Positions 18,177-26,604 of a stretch of DNA of 53,385 nt are shown in pieces. Every line of letters starts with the position of its first letter. The stretch's first letter is position 1. Origin of the DNA: an uncultured archaeon. Lineage in GTDB: Archaea > Asgardarchaeota > Hermodarchaeia > Hermodarchaeales > Hermodarchaeaceae. The DNA lies in contig CAYFXC010000008.1 of NCBI GenBank assembly GCA_964347045.1, positions 20,373 through 73,757 of the forward strand, read 5' to 3'. Below the pieces are notes generated by a model. It was not told the origin of the DNA and made no database searches. It saw only the letters and a program-made list of their open reading frames with translations. The translations under genes were made by a program, and so were the position numbers.

Positions 18177-19334
18177 TTGACGAGTTCAGCGATGTTTCAA
18201 CTTGCAGAGACGAAAGCCAAGGAAGCCTTGGTCTTAGACCAGCAGGGCAAGCGGTCTGGAGCCATGTCTAAGTACATAGAAGCGGCAGATATCCTTGTAC
18301 GTGTTATGAAAGTCTCGAAGAATCCTCAACTTCGTCGAATTGCCTTAGAGCGCGCGGACCAATATGTAGCTCGTGCCAAAACGTTGCGCAGTGCGAAACT
18401 CCCTGCGGGGGGTCCTGTTCCGGATTTTGAAGGCGTGGAGATTGTTGATCAAGAGGATAAGGAGTTGCAAGAAGACATCGATAGTATGATCATCAAAGAA
18501 AAGCCTGATGTCAAGTGGGAGGATGTGGCCAATCTTGAGGAGGCGAAACAAGCGCTTCGAGAATCGGTCATTTTGCCTTTATTACGACCTGATTTGTTTA
18601 CGGGGGCTCGGCGTCCATGGAAAGGGGTTTTGATTTTTGGTCCTCCGGGATGTGGAAAGACCCTGATTGCGAAAGCGGTGGCCAATGAAGCGGGATGCAC
18701 CTTCTTTAACGCCGATGCTGCTTCCCTTGTTTCCAAGTGGTTGGGTGAATCGGAGCGCTTGGTGAAAAATCTCTTTGCGTCAGCTAGGAAAGAGCAACCA
18801 GCGATTGTGTTTATGGATGAAGTTGATGCACTCACCGCTGAACGTGGTGCTGATCAGGTAGGTGGTGAACGCCGGTTGAAAACCCAATTCTTGATTGAAA
18901 TGGATGGAATGAAGAGTAGGAAAGGTGACCATATTGTCGTTTTAGGTGCAACCAACCGTCCTTGGGATCTTGATGCAGCATTTCGTCGACGTTTTGAGCG
19001 GAGGATTTTGGTGCCTATTCCAGAATTTGAAGCCCGCGTTCGTATCTTTGAGATTCATACAAGGGGCATTGATTTGGCTCCGGATGTTGACTTTAACCTC
19101 CTTGGAGAAAAAACAGATGGGTATGCTGGGTCAGATATTGCGCTCATCTGTCGTGAAGCTTCTCTCCAACCAATTCGTGAATTGGACGCGTCGGGTGCAA
19201 TTCGAGACAAAGAAGTTATGGCCCGTTCTGTGAATCTCCAAGATTTTCTTGATGCCCTGAAAAACATCCGATCAGTGGTGTCACCAGAAGAACAAGCCAG
19301 GTATATTGAATGGGATAACACGCATGGTTCATAG
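18177..19334 (+). CDS. vps4: Vps4 AAA+ ATPase (MIT + AAA)
   Basis: N-terminal MIT (AKEALVLDQQG...Y..RA..L); GPPGCGKT, SKWLGESERLV, FMDEVD, ATNRPWDLDAAFRRRFERR motifs. Confidence 0.95.
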   Translation: MTSSAMFQLAETKAKEALVLDQQGKRSGAMSKYIEAADILVRVMKVSKNPQLRRIALERADQYVARAKTLRSAKLPAGGPVPDFEGVEIVDQEDKELQEDIDSMIIKEKPDVKWEDVANLEEAKQALRESVILPLLRPDLFTGARRPWKGVLIFGPPGCGKTLIAKAVANEAGCTFFNADAASLVSKWLGESERLVKNLFASARKEQPAIVFMDEVDALTAERGADQVGGERRLKTQFLIEMDGMKSRKGDHIVVLGATNRPWDLDAAFRRRFERRILVPIPEFEARVRIFEIHTRGIDLAPDVDFNLLGEKTDGYAGSDIALICREASLQPIRELDASGAIRDKEVMARSVNLQDFLDALKNIRSVVSPEEQARYIEWDNTHGS

Positions 19335-19344
19335 GGGATAGAAC

Positions 19345-20073
19345 GTGTCGAAGGAAAAGTCCAGGGAACGCGCTAAGGAGAAAGAGAAAGATGAGCTGCG
19401 TGCTGATGTGAAGCTCACCGAGGAGGACTGGATTGACCTTCTGCAAAAGACACGTGAGCAGATGGCGAGTGTTGAGCAAGCGGATGAAACCGCCGTTCTT
19501 GTAATGCCTGTAACCGAGGAAGAAGAGAAACAGCTTGAGGACTTAGCCCGAAAAGCCGTTGAAAAACTCGGTCGACGATTTGTTTGGATTGCAAAACGTG
19601 GCCGATATGGCTTCATGTTTGTGATTCCAACCTCAGAAGCAGATATCGAACAGTGGGGTGCCGAATGGGCAGGTTTTACCGTTGACTATTGCCGAGAAAT
19701 GCTAATGCATATTGTCTCGACTCGAACGCTGGTGATGTTAGATCCTTTCAATGAGATACGTCCAGATCGAATGAAGGCAGTCAAAATCATTCTTGGGGTT
19801 TTAGTGAAAGAAGAGCTGGGGCGATGGATTGATGAAGCCGAGGGGATTATTCGAATTACCTGGAAAACCGATGAAGAATGGGCGAATGAAATTCGTCAGT
19901 GGGCATTAAAAACGGGAAGAACCACTTTTACACTCTTTAAACTGAAAGAGTATCGAAAGGATCTGGCAAAGCTACCAAAATCTGAACTTCGGATTATTCT
20001 TCAACGTCTTGTGGAACGCAAGCAAGCAAAATGGCTAGATCGGGAACAAGAAGTTGTAGAAGTTCTTGTTTAA
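19345..20073 (+). CDS. vps25: ESCRT-II Vps25-like protein
   Basis: QWGAEWAGF..DYC and WKTDEEWANEIRQWA tandem winged-helix pattern; adjacent to vps4. Confidence 0.8.
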   Translation: MSKEKSRERAKEKEKDELRADVKLTEEDWIDLLQKTREQMASVEQADETAVLVMPVTEEEEKQLEDLARKAVEKLGRRFVWIAKRGRYGFMFVIPTSEADIEQWGAEWAGFTVDYCREMLMHIVSTRTLVMLDPFNEIRPDRMKAVKIILGVLVKEELGRWIDEAEGIIRITWKTDEEWANEIRQWALKTGRTTFTLFKLKEYRKDLAKLPKSELRIILQRLVERKQAKWLDREQEVVEVLV

Positions 20074-20090
20074 TATTAGGGCTAGTCTGA

Positions 20091-20843
20091 TTATTCGGCA
20101 GGGTTGAGTCCGGGGAAGAAGTATCGTTTACCATGGACAAAAGACTTATCGATTTTTGCTGCACCCACTGATTCGAGGCTTTTAAGGGCAGCATCAGCTC
20201 TTTCTTGAGTCCAATTGGTTTGTGTTATGACTTCTTCCAGGGTGGTGAAGCCTGTTCGGCTTGCGACCGAAAGAACTGCGACCTGATCATTGGTAAGTTC
20301 TCGTGGAACGAGTTCAACAATTCGGATTCCTGAGGGGAGTTTTCGAATGCCTGGGACTAGCTTAGCATTAGCAAGATTTTGAATGGCCTTTGCGACATCG
20401 ACTTGGGAGACGCTAGAACGGCGTTGTTTATTGACAATTAACACAATTTCAGCTAGGGTCATAATGCCGCCTGTGGCTTCTCGACGCCGCTTGGCAATAT
20501 CTAAGATTTGGAGACCGAGTTCATCATAGAACCGTCCTCGACCTGTAAGACGTTCCATTAATCCAGGTTTCTCTTTCATATCTTGAGAAAAGGGAATTCC
20601 AGGCATAGTGATTCCTAGTTCATGGGCAATCGTAGCAGCTTTCTCACTATATTCAGGTGAGACTTCTATAACTTCGCCGTAGGTTTGTTCAAAGACATCT
20701 GCTTTTTCTCGTAATTCCGATATAGTTTGGAGCATGTGTTCGAGTTCTTTGAGCATGAGTTCGACGCGTTTCTTTTTGTAAGCGGCGTCCATTTCCATTT
20801 GTTTTTCAATTTCCCAAAGTCCCATGATCTTTTTCCTCCTCAT
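20091..20843 (-). CDS. ESCRT-II Vps22/36 (EAP30)-like protein
   Basis: FYDELGLQI...TGGIMTLAE, VPRELTNDQ, WTQERA...L and RYFFPG are typical of EAP30/Vps22. Confidence 0.9.
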   Translation of the reverse strand: MRRKKIMGLWEIEKQMEMDAAYKKKRVELMLKELEHMLQTISELREKADVFEQTYGEVIEVSPEYSEKAATIAHELGITMPGIPFSQDMKEKPGLMERLTGRGRFYDELGLQILDIAKRRREATGGIMTLAEIVLIVNKQRRSSVSQVDVAKAIQNLANAKLVPGIRKLPSGIRIVELVPRELTNDQVAVLSVASRTGFTTLEEVITQTNWTQERADAALKSLESVGAAKIDKSFVHGKRYFFPGLNPAE

Positions 20844-21133
20844 ATTTGTCGTATGTAGTTAAGCCACGTTTCAGCTCGCATAGCGAATCGTCGGGCTTCA
20901 ACTTCCTCCACATGTTGGGTTAGGTTGTTTCCATATTTAGCCCAAAAGTATTCATACCATTCTTGGGCTTCTAGTGTTACGGGGTGGTCGATGCCGAGCA
21001 TGGCTTCGGCAAAGGCGGCGACCACATCTAAATCTTCAAGGATATATTCAGCGTTTATGCGTAGATTAGCTTTGTTGATGGCGTTCACCAACCGTTCGCG
21101 CATTTCGGCAAAGGAACGCATTGGGTGTACCAT
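20840..21133 (-). CDS. Small helical protein resembling a stand-alone Vps28 C-terminal domain
   Basis: VEARRFAMRAETWLN parallels EEAKQLEFQAVRWLN of the neighbouring Vps28; overlaps the Vps22/36 start by 4 nt. Confidence 0.55.
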   Translation of the reverse strand: MVHPMRSFAEMRERLVNAINKANLRINAEYILEDLDVVAAFAEAMLGIDHPVTLEAQEWYEYFWAKYGNNLTQHVEEVEARRFAMRAETWLNYIRQI

Positions 21134-21152
21134 CAGCTTTCTTCCTCAACAT

Positions 21153-21800
21153 TTATTCATCAGCCGCCATCTCTCGAAGTCGACGCTTGAAATCGTTTAA
21201 CCAACGAACTGCCTGAAATTCAAGCTGTTTAGCTTCTTCGGGCATAAGAGTTGCATTGGGATCTCGCCCTTGAAGCTGATTACGCCAATCTTTGAGCGCG
21301 ACTAATATCCAATAATCCGGTGGAAAGTTCGGATATTTCGTTAAGAGAATGATAGAATCATCTAAGAGAGGCACAATAAGATTCATTTTCGCGACATCGC
21401 CGAGTTTGGCAATATCAATCAGCGTGATTAGATCTGAAACAATGTCCGCAGTTTTTGCAGCCATACGAGCAGAGGTTTGAGGAGCCAGTTCGACGGTTTC
21501 TTCACCTTCTGGGGCTTGTTCCCCAAGCTGAAGTTTTTCTACCGCAGTGGGAAACCGTTCGGTAATTTTTTCCTCTTCTATAAACTCGTCCCAGGTTTCA
21601 CCTTCCGCTTCAAGCAGCTGTCGAGTTTTTATGGTATCGCGGACAAGCGATTTGAGCTGTCGCTTGTAGAGGGCAGGTTGTAAATCGCCGTCATCGAATT
21701 TCTCGGCAATGCTATCAAGGGTTGCTATAGTTCCATACAATTCAGCTTCTAGTTCGACAACCTTGCCTTTTTTTGGTCGTTTTTTCTCACGCATGGCCAT
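21153..21800 (-). CDS. vps28: ESCRT-I Vps28-like protein
   Basis: AELYGTIATLDSIAEKF..G....Y...L..L N-terminal hairpin; ADIVSDLITLID C-terminal four-helix bundle. Confidence 0.88.
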   Translation of the reverse strand: MAMREKKRPKKGKVVELEAELYGTIATLDSIAEKFDDGDLQPALYKRQLKSLVRDTIKTRQLLEAEGETWDEFIEEEKITERFPTAVEKLQLGEQAPEGEETVELAPQTSARMAAKTADIVSDLITLIDIAKLGDVAKMNLIVPLLDDSIILLTKYPNFPPDYWILVALKDWRNQLQGRDPNATLMPEEAKQLEFQAVRWLNDFKRRLREMAADE

Positions 21801-21826
21801 AGCATTCGCCTCTGAAGTAGATTTGA

Positions 21827-22582
21827 TTATGCGTATTTCTCGAGTGCCTTGTCAATTTGGTAGAGCCGTTTCTTGTATCGCTTGTATAATTTGGTATATT
21901 CGGTTGATGTAATTTCTGCCGCATCAAATTTCTGCTCAAGATTCTGCAACAAGTCTGAGATGGCTAGTTTCTCACTTTCAAGTTCGAGCTTCTCACGTTC
22001 TTTTGCATCCGCAGGAAGGATCAGGGCATCCATCTCGTCTTCATCAGTAACTTCACCGGTTGTAATAGATCCAGTGTCTATTTGGGCAGCCATTCGAGCA
22101 ATACGTTCGTCGCGATCTTGGACTTTCTTGGTTAATCGTGAAACCTCACGTTCGAGCTGTTGATACCGTTGTTGGAGCACTTCTTCCTTCGGAGGCATCG
22201 TCACTTTAGGGGCTTCTCGGGTCGCATCAGGCACAGGAGGTTCACGGGCGAACAGGCCCTTGATACTATTAACCACCTGGTAGACGTGATAATGAGGTTG
22301 CCATTGTGTGACTATTCGAAGATGAATAGCCCCAGATTCAGAATCGACTCGAGGATGCTTCGTCGGAGTAAGCATTCGTGCAACTGGCGGTTGAGCTGGA
22401 AAGTTTGGAGGTACAATAATCTCGACTAGAAATTCTTGTTTACTTCGTGGTCCACCTTTGATTTTTCCTCGCCATCGGCGAAGATTTGACTCAACGGGAG
22501 TGAACGTAGGCGCACGACGATACATCAATTGCGCTTCACGAGCAATCGCCAATTCTTGTTGACTTCTTACAGCCTGTGCCAT
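21827..22582 (-). CDS. vps23: ESCRT-I Vps23/TSG101-like protein (UEV + coiled coil + steadiness box)
   Basis: PPNFPAQPP and HPRVD UBC fold without the catalytic Cys; coiled coil; C-terminal AISDLLQNLEQKF...ITSTEYTKLYKR. Confidence 0.88.
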   Translation of the reverse strand: MAQAVRSQQELAIAREAQLMYRRAPTFTPVESNLRRWRGKIKGGPRSKQEFLVEIIVPPNFPAQPPVARMLTPTKHPRVDSESGAIHLRIVTQWQPHYHVYQVVNSIKGLFAREPPVPDATREAPKVTMPPKEEVLQQRYQQLEREVSRLTKKVQDRDERIARMAAQIDTGSITTGEVTDEDEMDALILPADAKEREKLELESEKLAISDLLQNLEQKFDAAEITSTEYTKLYKRYKKRLYQIDKALEKYA

Positions 22583-22665
22583 AGAAACACACCATGATAC
22601 TTATTTGAATCCTGCTTGTGAGAGCGAGCATTTAATCTTTGGCAACTGGAACCTATTAAGGGCGG

Positions 22666-23202
22666 TCAGGTTGAACTACTCTTAGTTTTTTGTTTTGTTG
22701 CCATGCTCTTTTTCGAGGGGGTATCATTAACAGCTTGTCGGACGGTAACCAGAATGTTGCTTTGAAGCTCACGAAGAAATTCTTCAAAGCGCGTTTCAAA
22801 GAGGGTAATCATTTCCTCAAGTCGTTGAACCGCTTGGGTCAATGTAGGAACTAGTTCTTTTTGAAGTTCCCGTAGTTCCTTTGAATTGGATTCGGGCTTT
22901 TTCTTTGTCACTTTGTCCATGGTTTTTTCAAAGGTTTCAAATCGATCGACAAGAACTCCTAGTCGTTCAACCGAAGACTCTGAAGCAATGGTATCATCGG
23001 CTACAAGCTTCTGAAGTGTTTTGACCTCCCGAAGAAGGGCCCGAATATTTGCTTCCATCTTTAGATTCATCCGCCCGATGTCTGAGTCAAGTAGGTTCAG
23101 ACCTTTCACTATTCGCTTCAGGGATTCAACAGTAGGCACCAATCCTTTAGGCGTTTTGATGGCTTCAATCTCGATAGCGTATTTTGGTGGATCAGAGGAC
23201 AC
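22666..23202 (-). CDS. Coiled-coil protein of unknown function heading the ESCRT-I/II gene run
   Basis: Heptad-rich 178 aa ORF, same strand and directly upstream of vps23. Confidence 0.65.
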   Translation of the reverse strand: MSSDPPKYAIEIEAIKTPKGLVPTVESLKRIVKGLNLLDSDIGRMNLKMEANIRALLREVKTLQKLVADDTIASESSVERLGVLVDRFETFEKTMDKVTKKKPESNSKELRELQKELVPTLTQAVQRLEEMITLFETRFEEFLRELQSNILVTVRQAVNDTPSKKSMATKQKTKSSST

Positions 23203-23401
23203 GGTAAGATTAACCCCCGAAGCTCTCGTTCAAGTGTACTCACCTCAGACTTTTAAGCTTTGATTTGACTGACAAAATAGCGAAAAACTAGTGGATTTTG
23301 CGGAAAACCAACCTACTCTCTTGAATGGCTCGCATTTCCATAGTTTTTTAAGAACGCATCTAGAAGAAATGCCCGAGCGGAACCGACAAAGGGGCAATAC
23401 C

Positions 23402-23653
23402 ATGACACAATCAGCAGGACGGTTTGTAATTTCATCGGTGAAAGAAATTGGCCGATGGGATTGGACCAAATCAACTGCAATGTGTTGTGTCTGTCGCCTC
23501 CAGATCCGTGATGGTGAGCAAATGGTTCATTGCCCGCATTGCGGCAATCCCGCCCATTATCGGCACTTGGCAGAATGGGTGAAGATGAAAGGCACTTGTC
23601 CTATCTGTCGGAACCGTATTACCCTACGAAGGTTGAAACCGGTTAGAAAATAG
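23402..23653 (+). CDS. Small RING-finger E3 ligase, Rbx1/Apc11-like
   Basis: CCVC...CPHCGNPAHYRHLAEWVKMKGTCPIC; probable start ATG 23402; abuts the ubiquitin gene. Confidence 0.85.
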   Translation: MTQSAGRFVISSVKEIGRWDWTKSTAMCCVCRLQIRDGEQMVHCPHCGNPAHYRHLAEWVKMKGTCPICRNRITLRRLKPVRK

Positions 23654-23902
23654 TTGGTGGTTAAAATACGAATAGAAGTTGTACCGGCGATTGGGGGTAG
23701 TGACCCCATCGCTCTTGAAGTGGAACCTAATACAACTATTGGGGAGATTCGGAATCGTGTGGCCCAAATGCGCCGGATACCGCCCAACATTGTTATCCTT
23801 GCGTATCGTGGTGCCCAGCTAACCGATGAACAGACTGTCAAGAGTGTTGGAATCACGCCTCACGACAAATTGTACCTCATCACGAGGACCGAGGGCGGCT
23901 AG
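23654..23902 (+). CDS. Ubiquitin-like protein ending in di-glycine
   Basis: LEVEPNTTIGEIR...IPP...L.Y.G.QL.D..TV...GI...D.LYL...EGG matches the ubiquitin pattern. Confidence 0.93.
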   Translation: MVVKIRIEVVPAIGGSDPIALEVEPNTTIGEIRNRVAQMRRIPPNIVILAYRGAQLTDEQTVKSVGITPHDKLYLITRTEGG

Positions 23903-24103
23903 GAGCAGCTAAACCAAACGGTTTCGATCTCAGTCGTCCCTCTATTTTTCTCTTTTCTAGAAAACCCTAGAAGACCTCATTCCTAATGCGTTTACCATAA
24001 GCAAATCCGTTTTGTAAGACTACCAACCGAAAAGGTCTTTATTACTGACGCAATTGGTATCTGTACTGGGGACCGACTTTTTTTAGGAAGAGGCGCTGTC
24101 CAC

Positions 24104-24565
24104 ATGCTATCAGAAGAGGACTATTGGGCAAGGTTAGCTCTTGAAGCCAAGAACATGGAAACCGAGGAACCGTCGTTCCAACCCGTTCAGGGCGACCTTA
24201 GACGATGGCAGGGATTTTTATTGGGTACTGGAATTTATGATGGAGGCGTCTTCGTCTTACAAATCAATGTTCCTCGTTCTTTTCCCTACGAACCACCACA
24301 GGTTCGATTTATCACAAAAATCTGGCATCCAAATATCTACAGGGGTCGAGTATGTGTTGGCATCTTAGGTAAGGATTGGTTACCAAGCATGTCACTAACT
24401 GGTGTTGTTGAAACACTAAGAAACCTTATGAATTTTCCTAACCCTGATGATCCATTAAATCAACGGGCGTCACGTGAAGCCAAAAGAGATCCTGTGAAGT
24501 TCGAACGAACGGCGAAAGACTGGGTACAACGCTTTGCGGGATGGGATCAGATACAACGTAGGTGA
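24104..24565 (+). CDS. Ubiquitin-conjugating enzyme E2
   Basis: YDGGVF, FPYEPPQVRFITKIWHPNI...VC..IL..DW and NPDDPLN; catalytic Cys present. Confidence 0.95.
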   Translation: MLSEEDYWARLALEAKNMETEEPSFQPVQGDLRRWQGFLLGTGIYDGGVFVLQINVPRSFPYEPPQVRFITKIWHPNIYRGRVCVGILGKDWLPSMSLTGVVETLRNLMNFPNPDDPLNQRASREAKRDPVKFERTAKDWVQRFAGWDQIQRR

Positions 24566-25605
24566 AATTAATCATGGACGATCCAGTTGTCGAAGAGAAA
24601 AAGAGGGTCCCGGTATATCATGGAACTGAAAGGTATGCTCGCCAATTACTCCTCGATGACTGGAATCAAGAAAAACTCTCAAAGTCAACTGTCGTTGTAA
24701 CAGGTATTGGTGCCTTAGGCACCATTGTCGCTGTTGATTTGGTCCTCACAGGAATCGGTAAGGTTGTAGTAATAGATTTTGATACTATTGAACTATCCAA
24801 CCTTAGTCGCCAATATCTGTTTAATGACGAAGACGTTGGGAAATCAAAAGCCGTTGTTGCGGGACAACGTCTTCGTGAGATGAATCCCGATGTGCAAGTT
24901 CTAGCATTAAATTGTGCTATCCAAGATGTTCGACATTCTATTTACGAAGAAGCTGATCTTATTATTGATGGCCTTGATACATTTGAGGCACGACGCTGGT
25001 TGAATTCATTATGCGTCCAAAAAAATAAGGTTCTCATTCATGGAGGAATGTATGGTTGGTGGGGTAACGTGCAACGCGTAGTGCCCTTCGAAACGGCCTG
25101 TTTGGAATGCCAACCTCTTGTTCCTGCCGAACGTTTACAAAAAGCATGTACGCTACCCGGAGAACGCCGAAAACTGGAGGAGCCACCTCCCAAGTTTCCT
25201 GCACTCTTAAGTGTGGCAACCATAATTGCGGGAATTCAGTTCCAAGAATCATTGAAGCGCCTTTTAGGAGTTGGTACTCCCTTAGACAATTACTTGTTTT
25301 ATGATAGCCTTCATCAACAGTTCACAATCCTTAAGCTTGCCCGAAACCCAAATTGCTTCCTATGTAGTGATCGATTTCGGCTAAAGGGCGAAATTTATGC
25401 TGTTGGTCGCAAAGAAACTGTTGCGGAACTGAAAAACCGCTTGATTATGACATTTGGTTTACAAGACCCCAAGATTATCCGCCGCGGAAAAGTTCTCGCT
25501 GAAGATCAGATTCTTGGGAAACTGCGTTTTAAAAACAAAGAACCCTTATTTATTATTGATTCAGCCTTAGCACAACCTCTAAAGCTGTTAGCGGTTTTCA
25601 AATAA
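24562..25605 (+). CDS. Ubiquitin-activating enzyme E1-like (ThiF + Cys + C-terminal ubiquitin-fold domain)
   Basis: RYARQ, GIGALG, DFDTIELSNLSRQYLF, TACLEC, ACT catalytic Cys, CFLC, and a C-terminal ETVAELKNRL extension. Confidence 0.93.
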   Translation: MKLIMDDPVVEEKKRVPVYHGTERYARQLLLDDWNQEKLSKSTVVVTGIGALGTIVAVDLVLTGIGKVVVIDFDTIELSNLSRQYLFNDEDVGKSKAVVAGQRLREMNPDVQVLALNCAIQDVRHSIYEEADLIIDGLDTFEARRWLNSLCVQKNKVLIHGGMYGWWGNVQRVVPFETACLECQPLVPAERLQKACTLPGERRKLEEPPPKFPALLSVATIIAGIQFQESLKRLLGVGTPLDNYLFYDSLHQQFTILKLARNPNCFLCSDRFRLKGEIYAVGRKETVAELKNRLIMTFGLQDPKIIRRGKVLAEDQILGKLRFKNKEPLFIIDSALAQPLKLLAVFK

Positions 25606-26356
25606 TTGGAATAACGGTTAGCCGAACTAAAATTGCGATGATAACCACGAATAATGTTACACTCATTGTGATGAGAAGAGCGGTTTCGGAAGGCATTCGA
25701 TAACGTTCTCGAATTCCAATGGAAAGAAGTAATGCACCCCATAGCATTGCAACACCTGCTAACCCATATACTGCAAGCCAAATGGGAGCAATATACAAAA
25801 CGGTCAGATTCGCCATAGTTGTAGGGGGAAGAAATGCTGAGAGTAACCCTGCGGAAAGAAGATTAGCAAGAAGAAAGGGAAAGAGGGCATATTGTCCAAT
25901 TAGAAATGTTTCAGACAAATGCCCCTCGCGTCCTGAATAGTTGATAATCATATGGATAATTCCAAAATAAAATAGGTTTAGGAGCATGTATAAGAGCGAT
26001 AGAATTGCAAATACCCCAAAGAAGCCATACAATAAGAGATTCGCCGCGTCACTAACATGAATGACCATGGCAATATACCAAAGTGAAATAACAGCTAGAT
26101 TGCCAAGAAAGATTAGTGCTGGTCCTCGACTATCAGTTTCATGGGCAATATCCCAAAATGTGACAGCAGGAAATCTCAGGACGCCCCAAAGGCGTTGACG
26201 AAGGGTCAATCGACTTTCCCATTGGCGTTCTGGACGTTTCATAAAGGGGAGAATCCGTTCAAATTGCTCAGTTCTGAATCTGTAACCACATTGAGGGCAC
26301 ACGGCATCTTGAGGACCGACGAGGATCAGACATTCAGGGCACCGCAATTTTGACAT
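25598..26356 (-). CDS. Zinc-ribbon + Yip1-domain membrane protein
   Basis: CPEC...CPQCG, then LWGVLRFPAVTFWDI and ~5 TM segments with GQYALFPF and LLSIGIRERY (Yip1-like). Confidence 0.8.
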   Translation of the reverse strand: MSKLRCPECLILVGPQDAVCPQCGYRFRTEQFERILPFMKRPERQWESRLTLRQRLWGVLRFPAVTFWDIAHETDSRGPALIFLGNLAVISLWYIAMVIHVSDAANLLLYGFFGVFAILSLLYMLLNLFYFGIIHMIINYSGREGHLSETFLIGQYALFPFLLANLLSAGLLSAFLPPTTMANLTVLYIAPIWLAVYGLAGVAMLWGALLLSIGIRERYRMPSETALLITMSVTLFVVIIAILVRLTVIPII

Positions 26357-26604
26357 GCTTTAGTCACACTCGATATCAGAATCTTGTAACAGAAACTTAT
26401 TTGCTTTCGGTTTTCAAGCCCCGACGAAAGCTTTAAGTTAGGAGCCCTCAATTTTCTTTTTGAAGTGATCCCCGTGTGGTATGACTTTCTCCCAAAGCAG
26501 TGATTATTTTCAAAGAACTAGCTACCCCAAATTATGGAAGGGATCGCAACGAAAAATAACCCTTTTCAAGATAATATCTCCTATCAGAGTGGAGGTCCGT
26601 CTCC

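Noticed and set aside
21827-22582. Second active E2 enzyme
   Set aside because: The catalytic Cys position is His and a steadiness box follows, so it is a UEV/Vps23.
23291-23401. N-terminal extension of the RING ORF from GTG 23291
   Set aside because: It covers the likely divergent promoter region; ATG 23402 gives a compact Rbx1-like protein.
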